Counted from the stretch's first letter, positions 11,853-24,805 are shown. The stretch is 64,000 nucleotides of DNA from Octopus sinensis (GCF_006345805.1 NC_043006.1:68014001-68078000), one strand, 5' to 3'. Numbers and translations: made by a program. The notes: generated by a model not told the origin, from the letters alone.

Positions 11853-12560
11853 ATGGAGATGTACTTGCATAGCAAGTGACATGATCTGAGATCATGTACT
11901 GGAATGAAAACAATTGCAGCATGGAAGGTGTTTATAAGCCGTTTAAGAAACACACAAAGACCGTTAGATTCACTTCAACATTTAAATTTAATTTGCCATA
12001 GAAGAAGCAGTCAAAATGACCAAAACCACATTTAAGAGCAATTTTCGAAGTGAAATGAAAAATTAAAACTTTTACCTTGTTATTTTTTTACAGATATACC
12101 TTTGACTGCTTCTTCAAGCGTGTAAAATTACCTGTTAAAAGGTAGTTTATCTTGTGTTTAAATGTACACTATTTTATATTGAGAATATGTTGTCTATTGA
12201 CATTTGATACATGCTAGGCCACTGGTAGTGACATTTCTAAAAATATTAGCTACCCTATATATTTTACATATATGATTTTAGCATTTCAAAGATCAATTCA
12301 GCATTTTTTATTTACTCCCGACTGAAACTGCGTTTGTGCAGTGAATTTGAAAAGTTATAACATGTAATGATAAGACACGTGTTATTTGTCTCTAAATTAT
12401 ATGTTAATGTTATGGTGTGGTTACTGATGAGAATTTCGCCTTGCAAATTATTTTATTTGCTAAAAAATTTGAAACCTAGGTATAACTGTAAAAAAATAAC
12501 AAGGTAAAAGTTTTTATTTTTCATTCCCTTCGAAAATTGCTTTTGAATGTGGTTTTGGTC
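11853..12560. mobile_element. Unclassified interspersed repeat
   Basis: ...ttcacttcaacatttaaatttaatttgcc overlaps in reverse complement with ggcaaattaaatttaaa at 42467-42483, suggesting a dispersed family. Non-coding. Confidence 0.35.
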
Positions 12561-13400
12561 GTTTTATATCCAGGTTATATGGTGGATGGGATATCCATTC
12601 ACCAGCCCAATTTGCCAGCTGCCTGACTTGCTGTTAAAGACTTTTGTGTGATGCACAGTCATGGTGAGTGTGGCTTGTTTTCAGATTATTCCATCTCTTT
12701 CCCCAAATAGTGTCTCTAAACTTTTTGAGCTTCAATGTACTGCTCACTAGATAGTGTGGATAATATATTTAACTACCTGTTCATCTTGCTTATTAAGGTA
12801 ACTTTGAAGCCACATCAGCTGTTTTACATTAGAAATGGAATAGATAGAAGTACTGTGTGATGGTCTGGTCAGAAACTCAGTTGTCTTCATAGGATATGTT
12901 AATAGATAGCTTTGCAGATGTTTGTGTACAACTGATTCCATGTTTTTTCTTTTTCTTTTTTACTGATAGTGCTGAATGAGGAAGTAGGTTAGAATTGTGA
13001 TAGATCACATGTAGAGGTTTTCCTATATATTGGGACTACAACAATGATCTTCTGGTTTAGAAATCCCTGGGGAATTTGCTGAAACATGTAGGGGTGGGGA
13101 ACTAGTTCTACACAGATTTCCTTCATGACTCTGGTGTGAATCTGCAAGGGCCCATGACTTTTATCAGGTTTGATTTTCTGCATTATCTTCATTATATAAT
13201 CTTCACTGAAAATTCATTCTCTGTAGTATTGTATCAGAACTTACCAAATAAAATAAATTCTTACAGATGCTCAGAGGGTTCCCTAGAATTGTCAATAGCC
13301 TCTGTTAACTTGATGGATTTATTAGTAGTGGACGAGTATGTTTCAAAAGTTTAGTATCTGTCCTGTCCAGGCGGGTAACTTGCCCAGACCAATGCAACCC
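12560..13400 (-). mobile_element. Old CR1/L2-group LINE ORF2 relic
   Basis: Minus strand KIKPDKSHGPLQIHTRVMKEICVELVP...VVVPIYRK, matching the KSxGPDxIHPRVLKE...VVPIxKK motif preceding the RT domain. Many stops and frameshifts. Confidence 0.7.
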
Positions 13401-14058
13401 TTTTCTAAGCCACAACAGACTTAATATCCTCAATTTGACATCCAGTGTCTTCCACAAGTTGATTACTGTTTGCTCTTCTGAATCTGCTGATACCTGTACG
13501 TCCATGCATGTGTTTCCAGAAATGATCACTGGATATTTCATCCTTACTTCTACATCAGTGTCTTGCCTGATTAATAACATAACAGTAGAAAGACTGCCAT
13601 ACAGTCACTGCTTTGTAGGGTGTTGGTACCAAGAAAGATTAAGAATTATATGAAGCATTCTCATGTATGTACCATCAAGCTTCTTTTCAAGTCTCCTGTT
13701 CAGTGTCCATGCTCTACAGTTATCAGATTAATAGGGTGGAAAAAAGTTCAGAAAGACATTTCATCAACTGGCAGCAAAAGCATTCTCTCTCCAAGTGAAG
13801 GATAAACTGAATGATGATTCTGTACAAAGTGAGATGCTTATATCTATAAAATGTAATTTGGTAATATTCATCTTCAGTTTTTGACTTATAATATCATTAT
13901 TTGCCTGGAAATAGGTGTGTGTGTGTATGTGTGCGCACCTATGTGTGTGTGGTGTGTGCATGAATATTATGATGTAAAATAATGTCAAGTTATTTAAATA
14001 GAATAATAATAATTACTCAGATTTATTTTCATAAGTTTTATAAACAAATGATAACATA

Positions 14059-14455
14059 GGCGCAGGAGTGGCTGTGTGGTAAGTAGCTTGCTAACCAACC
14101 ACATGGTCCCGGGTTCAGTCCCACTGCGTGGCATCTTGGGCAAATGTCTTCTGCTATAGCCCCGGGCCGACCAATGCCTTGTGAGTGGATTTGGTAAACG
14201 GAAACTGAAAGAAGCCTGTCGTATATATGTATATATATATGTGTGTGTGTGTGTTTGTGTTTGTCCCCTAGTATTGCTTGACAACCGATGCTGGTGTGTT
14301 TACGTCCCCGTAACTTAGCGGTTCGGCAAAAGAGACTGATAGAATAAGTACTGGGCTTACAAAGAATAGGTCCCGGGGTCGATTTGGTCGACTAAAGGTG
14401 GTACTCCAGCATGGCCGCAGTCAAATGACTGAAACAAGTTAAAGAGTAAAGAGTA
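14059..14455 (+). mobile_element. Full-length, young tRNA-derived SINE, family B (CORE-like centre, internal TA/TG microsatellite)
   Basis: GGCGCAGGAGTGGCTGTGTGG (box A) ... GGTTCAGTCCC (box B) ... CATCTTGGGCAAATGTC (CORE-like) ... (TA)n(TG)n ... AAAGAGTAAAGAGTA tail. CpGs largely intact. Confidence 0.9.
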
Positions 14456-15097
14456 TTACATGAAACATTGTTCATAATCGAGTTTGAAACCCCAATATCT
14501 TATCATACAGTACAAAGCAATACTCTTAAAATAAACTTTTGTGTATTAGCAGATTATAAAGACTATATTCTATGCAGTCCCTTATTTAAGGGATTTCATG
14601 GAATCCATTGGCTAACATCTTATTAACACCTCATCAATTAAATAATGCTCCTTTTCCATACATCATGGCAACTGTTTATAATTAGCTATAGTAGATCACT
14701 GAAAATGAAGTAACCTTGGCTACAGACACAATCCAAATTGATGACAGTTAATCTTGTTGGCCAAAACCTTGTTGACTCAACTAAGTATTGTAGCTGTTTC
14801 AATATCGAAATATACACATTCACTTCTGAACATTTTAGAAAAATACAATTGACTGATTTAAATAATTTCTAAAAGCTTATTTACCATATTTTCTGGCATA
14901 CAAATTGAATTTTACAGACTAAAATTTACAATCAAAAAAGGTAGGTTGATGTTTCATAACCACATAGTTCCAGGTTCCGTCCCACTGCGTGGCATCTTGG
15001 GCAAGTGTCTTTTACTATAGCCTCAGGTCAACCAAAGTCATGTGAATGGATTTGGTAGACAGAAACTGAAAGAAGCCTGTTATAGATAGGTACGTAT

Positions 15098-15858
15098 AGG
15101 CGCAAGTGTGGCTGTGCAGTAGGTAGCTTGCTCACCAACCACATGGTTCTGGGTTCAGTCCCACTGCGTGGCACCTTGGGCAAGTGTCTTCTGCTATAGC
15201 CTCAGGCTGACCAAAGCTTTGTGAGTTGATTTGGTAGATGGAAACTGAAAGAAGCCTGTCGTATATATATATTTCTTTACTACCCACAAGGGGCTAAACA
15301 CAGAGGAGACAAACAAGGACAGACAAACGGATTAAGTCGATTACATCGACCCCAGTGCGCAACTGGTACTTAATCTATCGACCCCGGAAGAATGAAAGGC
15401 AAAGTCGACCTCGGCGGAATTTGAACTCGGAACGTAACGGCAGACGAAATACGGCAACGCATTTCGCCCGGCGTGCTTAACGTTTCTGCCAGCTCGCCGC
15501 CTTTCGTATATATATATAGCCTGTCGTATATATATATATATACGTGTATATATATTATATATATATATGTGTATATATATATATACGTGTATATATATAT
15601 ATATATATATACGTGTATATATATATATATATATACGTGTATATATATATATATATATACGTGTATATATATATATACGTGTGTGTGTATGTGCTTCTGT
15701 GTTTGCCCTCCCCCCCCACCATCACTTGATAACCGGTTCAGCAAAAGAGACCAATAGATTAAGTATTAGGCTTACAAATAATAAGTCCTGAGGTCAGTTT
15801 GTTAGACTAAAGGTGGTGCTCCAGCATGTCCACAGTCAAATGACTGAAGCAAATAAAG

Positions 15859-15860
<2 letters not shown>
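15098..15860 (+). mobile_element. Family B SINE interrupted by a family A SINE (15273-15502, minus strand) and an expanded microsatellite
   Basis: Head 15098-15272, inserted family A copy, duplicated tcgtatatatatat on both sides, body resumes at ~15519 and ends ...tgactgaagcaaataaagg. Confidence 0.85.
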
Positions 15861-15917
<57 letters not shown>

Positions 15918-17007
15918 TATTTGCAGGATCCAATAGAATCAAGATATTTTAATAATAAGGACACCAAGGTAGAGCCAAAGATAGCATACCTGTGTATCAA
16001 CAGTTTGTACAGACACTTGTGTTCCAATTCACCTGAAGAAAACAGTTGTTTTACATGATGTAATTGATTTGTTCATCATTAAAAAACATGTCTGGAACAG
16101 CTGTAGTGAACCTCTGACCATTTGTGTTATTCATCATCATCATCATCATCCTTTAAAATCTGCCCCTCCCCCTCATCATTGCTTCACAACTGGTGTTAAT
16201 GTGTTTACGTTCCAGTAACTTAACAGTTCAGCAAAAGAGACCAATAGATTAAGTAGCAGTTAAAAAAAAAAATTTACTGGAGTCGGTTCATTCAACTAAA
16301 ATTTCTTCAAAGGGATGCCCCAGCATGGGCTACAATCTATTGACTGAAATAAGTAAAAGAATAACGATAAAAGATTATATACATGAAGATGACTTTGGAG
16401 GACCAAAAATTCCATGTGAAATGCATCAGTATTTGGAAAGATAGCAATGATGTTTGAATGTTTACACTACAAATTATTGACTTGTATGGTGGAAAGTGCA
16501 GTATCATACCAGTTGCTAATATATTCTTGATGTAATCCTAGTCACATATATAAATAGCTCAAATGAACACCTTTGGGATTTCAGCTTGCAAAAATGTATT
16601 ATACTTCAGTTTGCTGCTAGATGCAGCTTCAATTACATTTCAAGTAGTAATTAGCTTTTCCTTTATCAATGTATGTTGTCATGAGAGAAGAAAATATTGT
16701 TTATTTTGATATTATTGAATATAGCTTATTGAAGATGCCTGTCACACATCGCCACTCTTATTGTCATTTAAAATAAATAATAGTAATGGTGAGTCATTTA
16801 GACAAGCTTGAATACTGTATAGCAAAGGGTCTTGCATAATGCATGCATACATGCATGTATGTATGTACGTATGTACATGTATACAGAGACAAGATGTGAT
16901 CCTTTGATTTATCTGGGAGAGTAGTATCTTCAAATAAGAACTGATACAGACTGTGATGACCCATTCAGTTGATGCCCACACAGAAAGTGGATATAAAATG
17001 AAGGTTT

Positions 17008-17067
<60 letters not shown>

Positions 17068-17753
17068 GACCTTCGAACTTTAGGTCTCATTGAGGAAATG
17101 ACCAGTGACCAAGACCTTTGGAAATATGCTGTGCGTGAAAAGACCAGGCAGGACAAGTGAGTCCAGCCCACTTATGCATGCCTTTCCTCCCTTGGACACA
17201 CAAAGACCTGTTGAGGCAAGCGAAGTCGATATCGAACCTCATCCGACGACAGGCACCTATGCCAACCCCCCTTTGCTTGCAAAGACCTGTTGGGGCAAGT
17301 GAAATCGAAATCGGAATCGAAATTGAACCAATCATATGACTGGCACCCGGCAGATGCCAGGACCCCTGGACTGGAGATACGTAAAAAGCACTATCCGAAT
17401 CGTGGCCGATGCCAGCGCCGCCTCGACTGGCTTCCGTGTCGGTGGCACTTAAAAAGCACCATCCGAATCGTGGCCGAAGCCAGTGCCGCCTCGACTGGCT
17501 TCCGTGCAGTTGGCACGTAAAATGCACCAATCTGACCATGGCTGATGCCAGCCTCGCCTGGCACCAGTGCAGGTGGCACGTAAAAAGCACCCACTACACT
17601 CACGGAGTGGTTGGCGTTAGGAAGGGCATCCAGCTGTAGAAACATTGCCAGATAAGACTGGAGCCTGGTGCAGCCTTCTGGCTTCCCAGATCCCCGGTCG
17701 AACCGTCCAACCCATGCTAGCATGGAGAACAGACGTTAAATGATGATGATGAT
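17068..17753 (+). mobile_element. RTE LINE 3' end: ORF2 C-terminus, 3' UTR with ~65-bp VNTR, (GAT)n tail
   Basis: DLRTLGLIEEMTSDQDLWKYAVREKTRQDK* (stop 17158-17160), homologous to TLNLAEKMTKYQDDWCYAVLEKT at the end of the RTE relic at ~50550-50635. VNTR units start near 17384, 17452, 17519 and 17582. Confidence 0.85.
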
Positions 17754-17790
17754 ATATACACAGACACGCACACATACACATATCTATATC

Positions 17791-17832
<42 letters not shown>

Positions 17833-18543
17833 CATACATATATATAACATACTTTTACCCTCTTTTTTTGTAATCACAATTTATGCAGTTTATAAACATA
17901 GTCACTATATTCTGAATGTATTTTACTAACCTTGGTTTAACAATGGTACTTGTTTGACTACTACTACCACCACCACCACCACTACCATTTCTATGCTATT
18001 TGTACACTTTGTTTATATAATCAGTAAACTGTCACAAACATTTCTCATGTATTTTATAAAACAGTGTTTAAATTTTCCCAATAATGATTGATGTTCATAA
18101 CAGTTCTCCCTTGTAATTGATACATCATATTGGTTGAATGAAAAAGGAGCCTTTGCTAGAAAAAGTAGTCAAACCTTCCTTGAATCATACCTTACCTTCA
18201 AAAATGAAAGGACATATTGATTAATGTGTTACTTTGATAGCCCTAATGGATTGAATGGTCATGGTCGGAATGTCTTTCATCATAGGTCTGCAGGATTAGG
18301 GCTGATTCTGGGCTGAACAAAGACAATATCACATTGGTGTACACATAACATATATCAGAGCTGGCAGAATTGTTATCATGTTAGAGAAAATGCTTAGCAA
18401 CATTTCTCTGGATTACACTCAAAGTTCAAATTACATCAAGCTATGTAAAATTGTGGCCATCCATACAGAGAGGCATGTCCTTTACAGTTATGTCCCCACC
18501 CCCACTTTCTCAGTCGATAGGTCCTTGTCTTGCAAGCTCACAG

Positions 18544-19041
18544 GTGCTGATGCCATGTAAAAAGTACTTGTTTTAGTGCCATATATAATGCACTTGTGTT
18601 GGTGTCACATAAGGAGCATTTATGCTGGTGTCACATAAGGAGCGTTTATGCTGGTGTCACATGAAATCCATCTGTGCTGGTGCCACATAAAAAGCACCTG
18701 TTCTGGTGTCATATGAAATCCATCTGTGCTGGTGCCACATAAAAAGCACCTGTTCTGGTGCCATTTGAAATCCACATGTGCTGGTGCTACATAAAAAGCT
18801 GCTGTTCTGGTGCCATGTAACAAGCACTTATGCTAGTACTATGTTTAAAGCACCTATGCTGGTGCCATGTGAAAAGACCTCAGTATGCTCTGTAAAGTGG
18901 TTGGCTTCAGGAAGGGGATCCAACATTAGAAACCATGTCAAAACAGACAACTGGAGCCTGATGCAGCTTTCTGACCTTAGCAGCTGCTATCAAACTGTCT
19001 ATCCATGCGTGTATGGAAAAAGATGTTAAATGATGATGATG
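18544..19041 (+). mobile_element. Diverged RTE 3' UTR copy with ~30-bp VNTR
   Basis: About 9-10 units of gtgctggtgccacataaaaagcacc/gaaatccatct, followed by ctctgtaaagtggttggc...gatgttaaatgatgatgatg. Confidence 0.75.
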
Positions 19042-20459
19042 TTGACTTTGTTTTCCATCCTTTCCAGTTCTATAAAATAAATGCCAGTTAGCCTCCTCCC
19101 CCAAATTTCAGGCCTTGTGCCTATAGTAGTAAAAAAAAAAAACCCAGAAAATATATTAGTGCATATACAGCATTATACAACATTCCATTACTGTTTTCTT
19201 TTACATGTTTTAGTTTAGGCAAGTAATAAGTGTCATTGTCAAAGCAAGCATAATTTTTGTATTATTGTGGAACTTGGTTTAACCAGTTCCAACTGTTTCA
19301 CTAGACAATACAGAAATAATTATTTCACTCTATGATATTCAATGATTGTTGAACAACAGCAGTAGATGTTATGTCTTGAAATCTCTGTTGAGGAGTTGCT
19401 CAATAACAAACCTGTAAATACCTTCTCATGAAAGAAACTCTAGCATCATCATTTCAAAGACTCTAACACCTAAAAACTCCTTTACACTCAATGAGACTTG
19501 GTGGTTCTGTGTATACTTTTTACCTCTTTTCCGTCTGTCATCTTCTCATCTCATTTCTCAGGAAATAATCTCTAAGTAATATATTTCAATTTTAAACTGA
19601 TGCTGCTGGTAGTAATAGTGGTAGTGGTGGTGTTGGTATATCGAAGGTGATGGCTGTGATAATGATGGTGGAGAGTAGCATTAGAAGTGATAGTAGTGGA
19701 GAGTAGCACTTAGAAGTTATGGTGGTGGAGAATAGCAGTTAGTGATGGTAGTATTTTAGTTTCATTTATTGATAAAAGCCATAGAATCAGGTGATGCCTC
19801 TGTGATGTTAGTGACAGTGGAATTTGTTGGTGTTGCAAAAAAGGTCTCAGCAGGTGTCTCATGACACAACTGGTATTTTAACACAGGTTAGATGATTGCT
19901 CAAAATATGTTCTAGATAATTTGATTACATTATGATTGGATTACATCGTACCAGCCTCTTTTTGTGTGTATACATTCTGTGTGTATACATTCATATACAT
20001 ACAAATGTGATTATATATCAGTGATCAGTGTATAGTTTCATTATGTATGTATGTATACACCATAATTGTATGAGTATGAAATAGTAAGAAATCTAATTAA
20101 TGCCACATAAAGATAAGATTTAGTTCATTATTTTTCTTAATTACCAACAATGCGTACTTGGTTTTGTTTAATTGATGAAATTGAATATTCCTTTTAGATA
20201 AAACAGCATGGATGTGATGTGATGGCCAGTATTTTGTTACAGATATTAGCAAGCATACTAGAACATATAACTTTCCACAACAGCTTCAGCCATGGGCACT
20301 ATTCTTTTACCAAAGTTTGACTATTTATAAAAAAATTTGGTTTCAAATTTAAGTTCAAGCTATTTCACTTCATTATGTATCCTTTTAAAGGAAGACATGA
20401 ATGTCACATCTCACTCTTTTACAGAAACTTAAATTATCCAAACATCCATCTTCTCTGCC

Positions 20460-20700
20460 CACTTTTTGTGGGATGGTTGACGGGGTAGTGTGCTCAGGCA
20501 CCTCCTCTAAAGTGTCGCATCAGACACTACCATAATTACACTTTCCAGTTGACTCCCCAAGTGTGACCAACTGTGAGCATGAACTATTATCCAACCATCT
20601 TGTTCTTGGTCTCCTTCCAAGTCAGTCCTGGCTTTGTTTGAACAATCAGTCTTACAATATTTTTCTGTGATATTCTAATCACATCAGACGCCAAGGTAGA
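20460..20700 (-). mobile_element. Old RTE-like LINE 3' relic
   Basis: Minus strand ggaaggagaccaagaacaagatggttggataat = GRRPRTRWLDN, the GRPRxRW motif near the RTE ORF2 C-terminus. A similar relic lies at ~21880-22150. Confidence 0.5.
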
Positions 20701-22749
20701 TATTCAACAATGTCTAGGTTGGTGCTTCATAAATCTTTCAAACTACAACATTGCTTTTTATTGGTTCAGAGTTGATTTAATACGGTTCACTAATCCTGTT
20801 TGAGTAAAGTTTAGGATAAGAAAGTCATCACTTATTTTATTTTCAGATGGGAAAATACCTGTCTTTAAATTATCCCTCTCTATAAACTGAGAGGGTAACT
20901 CTCCACCATAAATGTAGGTTGCTCATTTTCTCAAAAACTAAAAAGATTTACCCTCACTCAGCAGAGTGAAGCTCCAGTTCCCTTCAAGTGAAGTGTATGT
21001 GAGTGTGAGGTTACACTAGCCAATTTACTTTGTTCCCTATTTAAGTATTAACTTCTTTTCTGTTTTTCTCCTCAACAGCATTGAAATAAATTGTTTTTCC
21101 TGAGATTATAATGTAATAGTTAGTCAATCAATTTGAAATAGTATCAGATCTTCCTCAAATCAGAGATTTTTAAAAATGACATACTTGATAGCATTTTAAG
21201 ATTTTTCTTTCTCTGTCTCTTATGACAGCATTTTCTTGTTCCAAAAACTTTTGAAGGATTTGAAATCTGCACTGAAAGTCAAAATAAACAAGGATAGTCA
21301 TAGCTGCAATGCCTGAAGGCATCAAACTACAACAACAGGGCCAATGTTGGGCCAAGCTACCACTATAGCACTAAATGTTGGGTTAATGTTGGGATAAACT
21401 ACTACAACAGGGCTAATGTTGGGTTAACTTACAACAACATTGTTTAGTGTCAGGCATCTTTATAAACTTCTTGGATTATTGAGCTTATTCTACAACTGTC
21501 AGGAATATTTTTGCTATTTCTGTTTATCTTCAACCAATTCTACATTGTAATGTTATAGACAATCAATAATCTTGATTCTGACCAAGGAAGGATGCAACTG
21601 ATTTCTGGATTTTGTCCAGTTATATTAGTGAATTAAAATTATAGTTGTTATTTCTAAAATATTGATTTCTTTTGTTGAGACAAAGCTGAAGAATGAAAGC
21701 CTCTAAATCATCATTATATTACTGGTACATATTTTATTAGTGTGAATTTAATAAAATGTAAGGTCAATTCCTGTAGAGTTTGAATTTAGACTGAAATTAT
21801 ATATTGTTACTGTTTTATTTAATGTTCCATCCATCCATCTTCTCCACCCACAATTCCTGGGAGGGTTGTGAGAGTGGAGTCTTCTGGCATCTCCTCCTTA
21901 GGTCCCATCAGAAGTAAGCATCATTAGACTTTCCTATTGGACTTCCAAGCATGACTAACTGAAACTTTGGGTATTACCCAACCGTCCTGCTCTTGGTCTA
22001 CTTCTAAGTTTTTTGCCAGTTGGCTCAGCTTGAAGAAGCCATCTTGTGATTCTTTCCTGTGACATTCTAATCTCATGATTGTAGTACCTGAGCTGTGACC
22101 TCTCAATACAGAGAAGAAGCAGCTTGACCTGGACAGACTTCCTGATCTCTAAGTTATGTAACTTGATAAATAATGTTGCTCTTGAGATCCTTTAGAAAAA
22201 CTACATTTCAGCTGCTTGTTTTCACAATCATACTTTTTCAGTCACAGAGCGTCATAGCTAAAGATAAGCATGTAAACTGAACTGAAGATGGTGAGTTTGG
22301 CTTTTTTATTAACCTCTCCCCTTCTGAGGATCAAACACTGCAGCTGGTGCACTACTTTGAAGTTGACCAATTTTTGTTAGAAAGTTGTCAAGAAGTTCAG
22401 TTATGAGAATTGAAATATTCAAAATAAGATGTCATTCCCATTACAAAACACTTGTAACTAAGTTTTTTTGAAGTTGGAGAAACCTTTACTGTCTGAAATA
22501 TATACTGTGTAAATTTGAGATTAGCTACTTCTTGAATAGTCTCAATATTTTAACTGTTAGCCTAAATTTGGGAGGCTCCTTTTTACAATTTTAATCACCT
22601 GTTCTGAACTACTTCAAATGCCACATTTTTGCATAAATATTTTAGTTTATTACTGAAAGGAAGAGTGTCGGAACTTATAACCTTTTCATGTCCTTCCAGA
22701 CTCGTGAGGTTGTTGTAGTTTATAGGGAGGGAAGGTGTAATATGTCCAC

Positions 22750-22925
22750 ACACACATACATACAGACACTCACACACACACACAATACACACACATGCAC
22801 TATAATACACACTCTTGCACTCGCACTCTGCTCACACATATATTGCACACATATACACACTACTTTCTCTCGCACACACACACACCACTCATACATACTC
22901 CACACATGCATACACACATACTACA

Positions 22926-22973
<48 letters not shown>

Positions 22974-23070
22974 ACACACACACACACACTCATACACATA
23001 CACTACACGTATTAACACACATAGGCTACACAGTCACTCACCTACACTATATATATATATCCTCTCACAT
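22750..23070. repeat. Compound CA/CT/TA microsatellite region (representative; similar tracts at 9370-9690, 15860-15920, 17005-17065, 27200-27335, 33505-33550, 35580-35665, 48100-48190, 50660-50760)
   Basis: Directly visible simple repeats. Confidence 0.95.
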
Positions 23071-23486
23071 ATCTTTCTCCACAATACTTCATTGTTTTCA
23101 GTTTCTAAGACTACAAATGGTTACAGAAGTCCAGAATGTCATCTAAGAAAGAAAAGATGTAAAACTGTGGTGAAAAAGATTGAGATCAAAAGAAGAATTG
23201 TGATTAAAATGTATGGAAGGTCAGCAAGACTACTGAAATAACTGATCAATCCGGAGCTAATCCGATCTGTCAACCAAACCAAATTATTTCTCAAAGCATA
23301 TAATCTAGTTCTTCTTACTGTTTTCACAAGCTTGCTGAAGATTTAGCAACTTGTGTAAACATTACTGTTGTGTACTCAACACAAAATTACTTCCACACAC
23401 ACATTATCTTAAAGCCTTCTGAACTAATGAGGTAGCCTCTTTGTGGTAGGTCAGCTAGCTAGAAACAGCTGCCAAATCTCTCTTAA

Positions 23487-23705
23487 CCCTTTAGTATTTA
23501 AACCGGCCAAATCTGGCCAAAATAGTTAATCTGTTTTATGATCAAACTGACCAGATCCAGGCTCTCACACCTACCCTACAATGTTATTCTACATTAAGTA
23601 ATTACACCATCAAGATCTTGAAGATATGAGATAATGCATGATTAATTCAAATCAATGGGAATCAATAGGCATTATGTTTGATAGAATAATCTGAACACTA
23701 AAGGG
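23487..23705. mobile_element. piggyBac-like MITE, family P2
   Basis: TTAA|CCCTTTAG ... CTAAAGGG|TTAA. Other copies at 36427-36650 (inverted, TTAA both sides), 35925-~36135 (right end missing) and ~31228-31437 (left end missing). Confidence 0.9.
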
Positions 23706-23756
23706 TTAAACTACAACCTACCATTTTAAAAAACTAGAAAAGGTATACGATGCATA

Positions 23757-24040
23757 GGCACAGGTGTGGCTGTGTGGTAAGAAGTTTGCTTCCGAACCAC
23801 ATGGTCCTGAGTTCAATCCCACTGTGTGGCACCTTGTGCTTTTCCCCTATCACTGCTTGACAACCAGTTGGTGTATTTATGACCCTGTAACTTAGCAGTT
23901 TGGCAAAAGAGACTGATAGAATAAGTACCAGGCTTTGGGAAAAATAAGTACTGGGGGTCAGTTTGCTCATTTAAAATTCTTCAAAGCAATACCCAGCATA
24001 GCTGCAGTCTAATGATTGAAACAAGCAAAAGCTAGAAGGA
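23757..24040 (+). mobile_element. Family B SINE with internal deletion
   Basis: ggcacaggtgtggctgtgtggtaag...gagttcaatcccactgtgtggcacc joined directly to the 3' body. Confidence 0.75.
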
Positions 24041-24226
24041 TAGAATGTTTTTGATCTTAGGTTTGCTCAATTAGGAACTACTTAGAAATTTATAGTAAAG
24101 ATTGGTGTTAGAAGATTTTTACCCATTCAGTATGGAGAATGCTTATAGCCATTGGAATAAGAGGAAGAGAGAGAAAGATAACTGCTTGCAGAATGAGTGA
24201 GGCAGCAGAAAGAATCTGTTGCTGGT

Positions 24227-24262
<36 letters not shown>

Positions 24263-24589
24263 CTAAGCAGGAAGCTAGGAGGAGATGATGGGCAGGCATT
24301 ATGGTTTAAGGGTTAAAACATTCAGTGGTTGTTGGATACAGTTTGATAACATCAGCTCCTGGTCAAGGCTACTTTTACCGAAGGTGAATAAAGGAATAGC
24401 ATCTTTTAGAAGTAATCATTCTCATATGGATACAAAGAGAGAGAAGGAGAGAGAAAGGGAAAGAGCAAGAGAGAGAGAGAGAGAGAATGTGTGTGTATGA
24501 AAGAGAGGAGTGTGTGTGTGACAGAGGGAGTGTGGGATACACAGAAAAGGAAAGACTTGTGTATCAGTAAACTTAGAACATCAATATTT

Positions 24590-24805
24590 GTTTCAAATTT
24601 TGACACAAGGCCAGCAATTTTGGAGGAGAGGGCTATTTAATTACATCAATCCCAGTACTCACCTGGTACTTATTTTATCAAACCTGAAGGATGAAAGGAA
24701 AAGTCAACCTTGGCAAGAATTTGAACATAGAATGTTAAGACAGAAGAAATATTGCTAAGATTTTAATGAGTAGGCTAACGATTCTGCCATCTTGCCGCCT
24801 TACTT
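24590..24805 (-). mobile_element. Family A SINE
   Basis: Same cassette as the copies at 3283-4285. Further copies at ~6190-6330 and 47875-48075. Confidence 0.75.

Noticed and set aside
14059-14135. tRNA genes at SINE heads (also 15430-15502 and 48913-48990)
   Set aside because: Box A/B are present, but I could not form full cloverleaves, and each head runs into a SINE body found in many copies.
14695-14746. Possible exon ITENEVTLATDTIQIDD
   Set aside because: No pyrimidine tract, weak donor (gttaat), phase 1 end, no homology.
18544-18880. CRISPR-like repeat-spacer appearance
   Set aside because: Spacers are related to each other, the array leads into the RTE tail, there are no cas genes and the context is eukaryotic.
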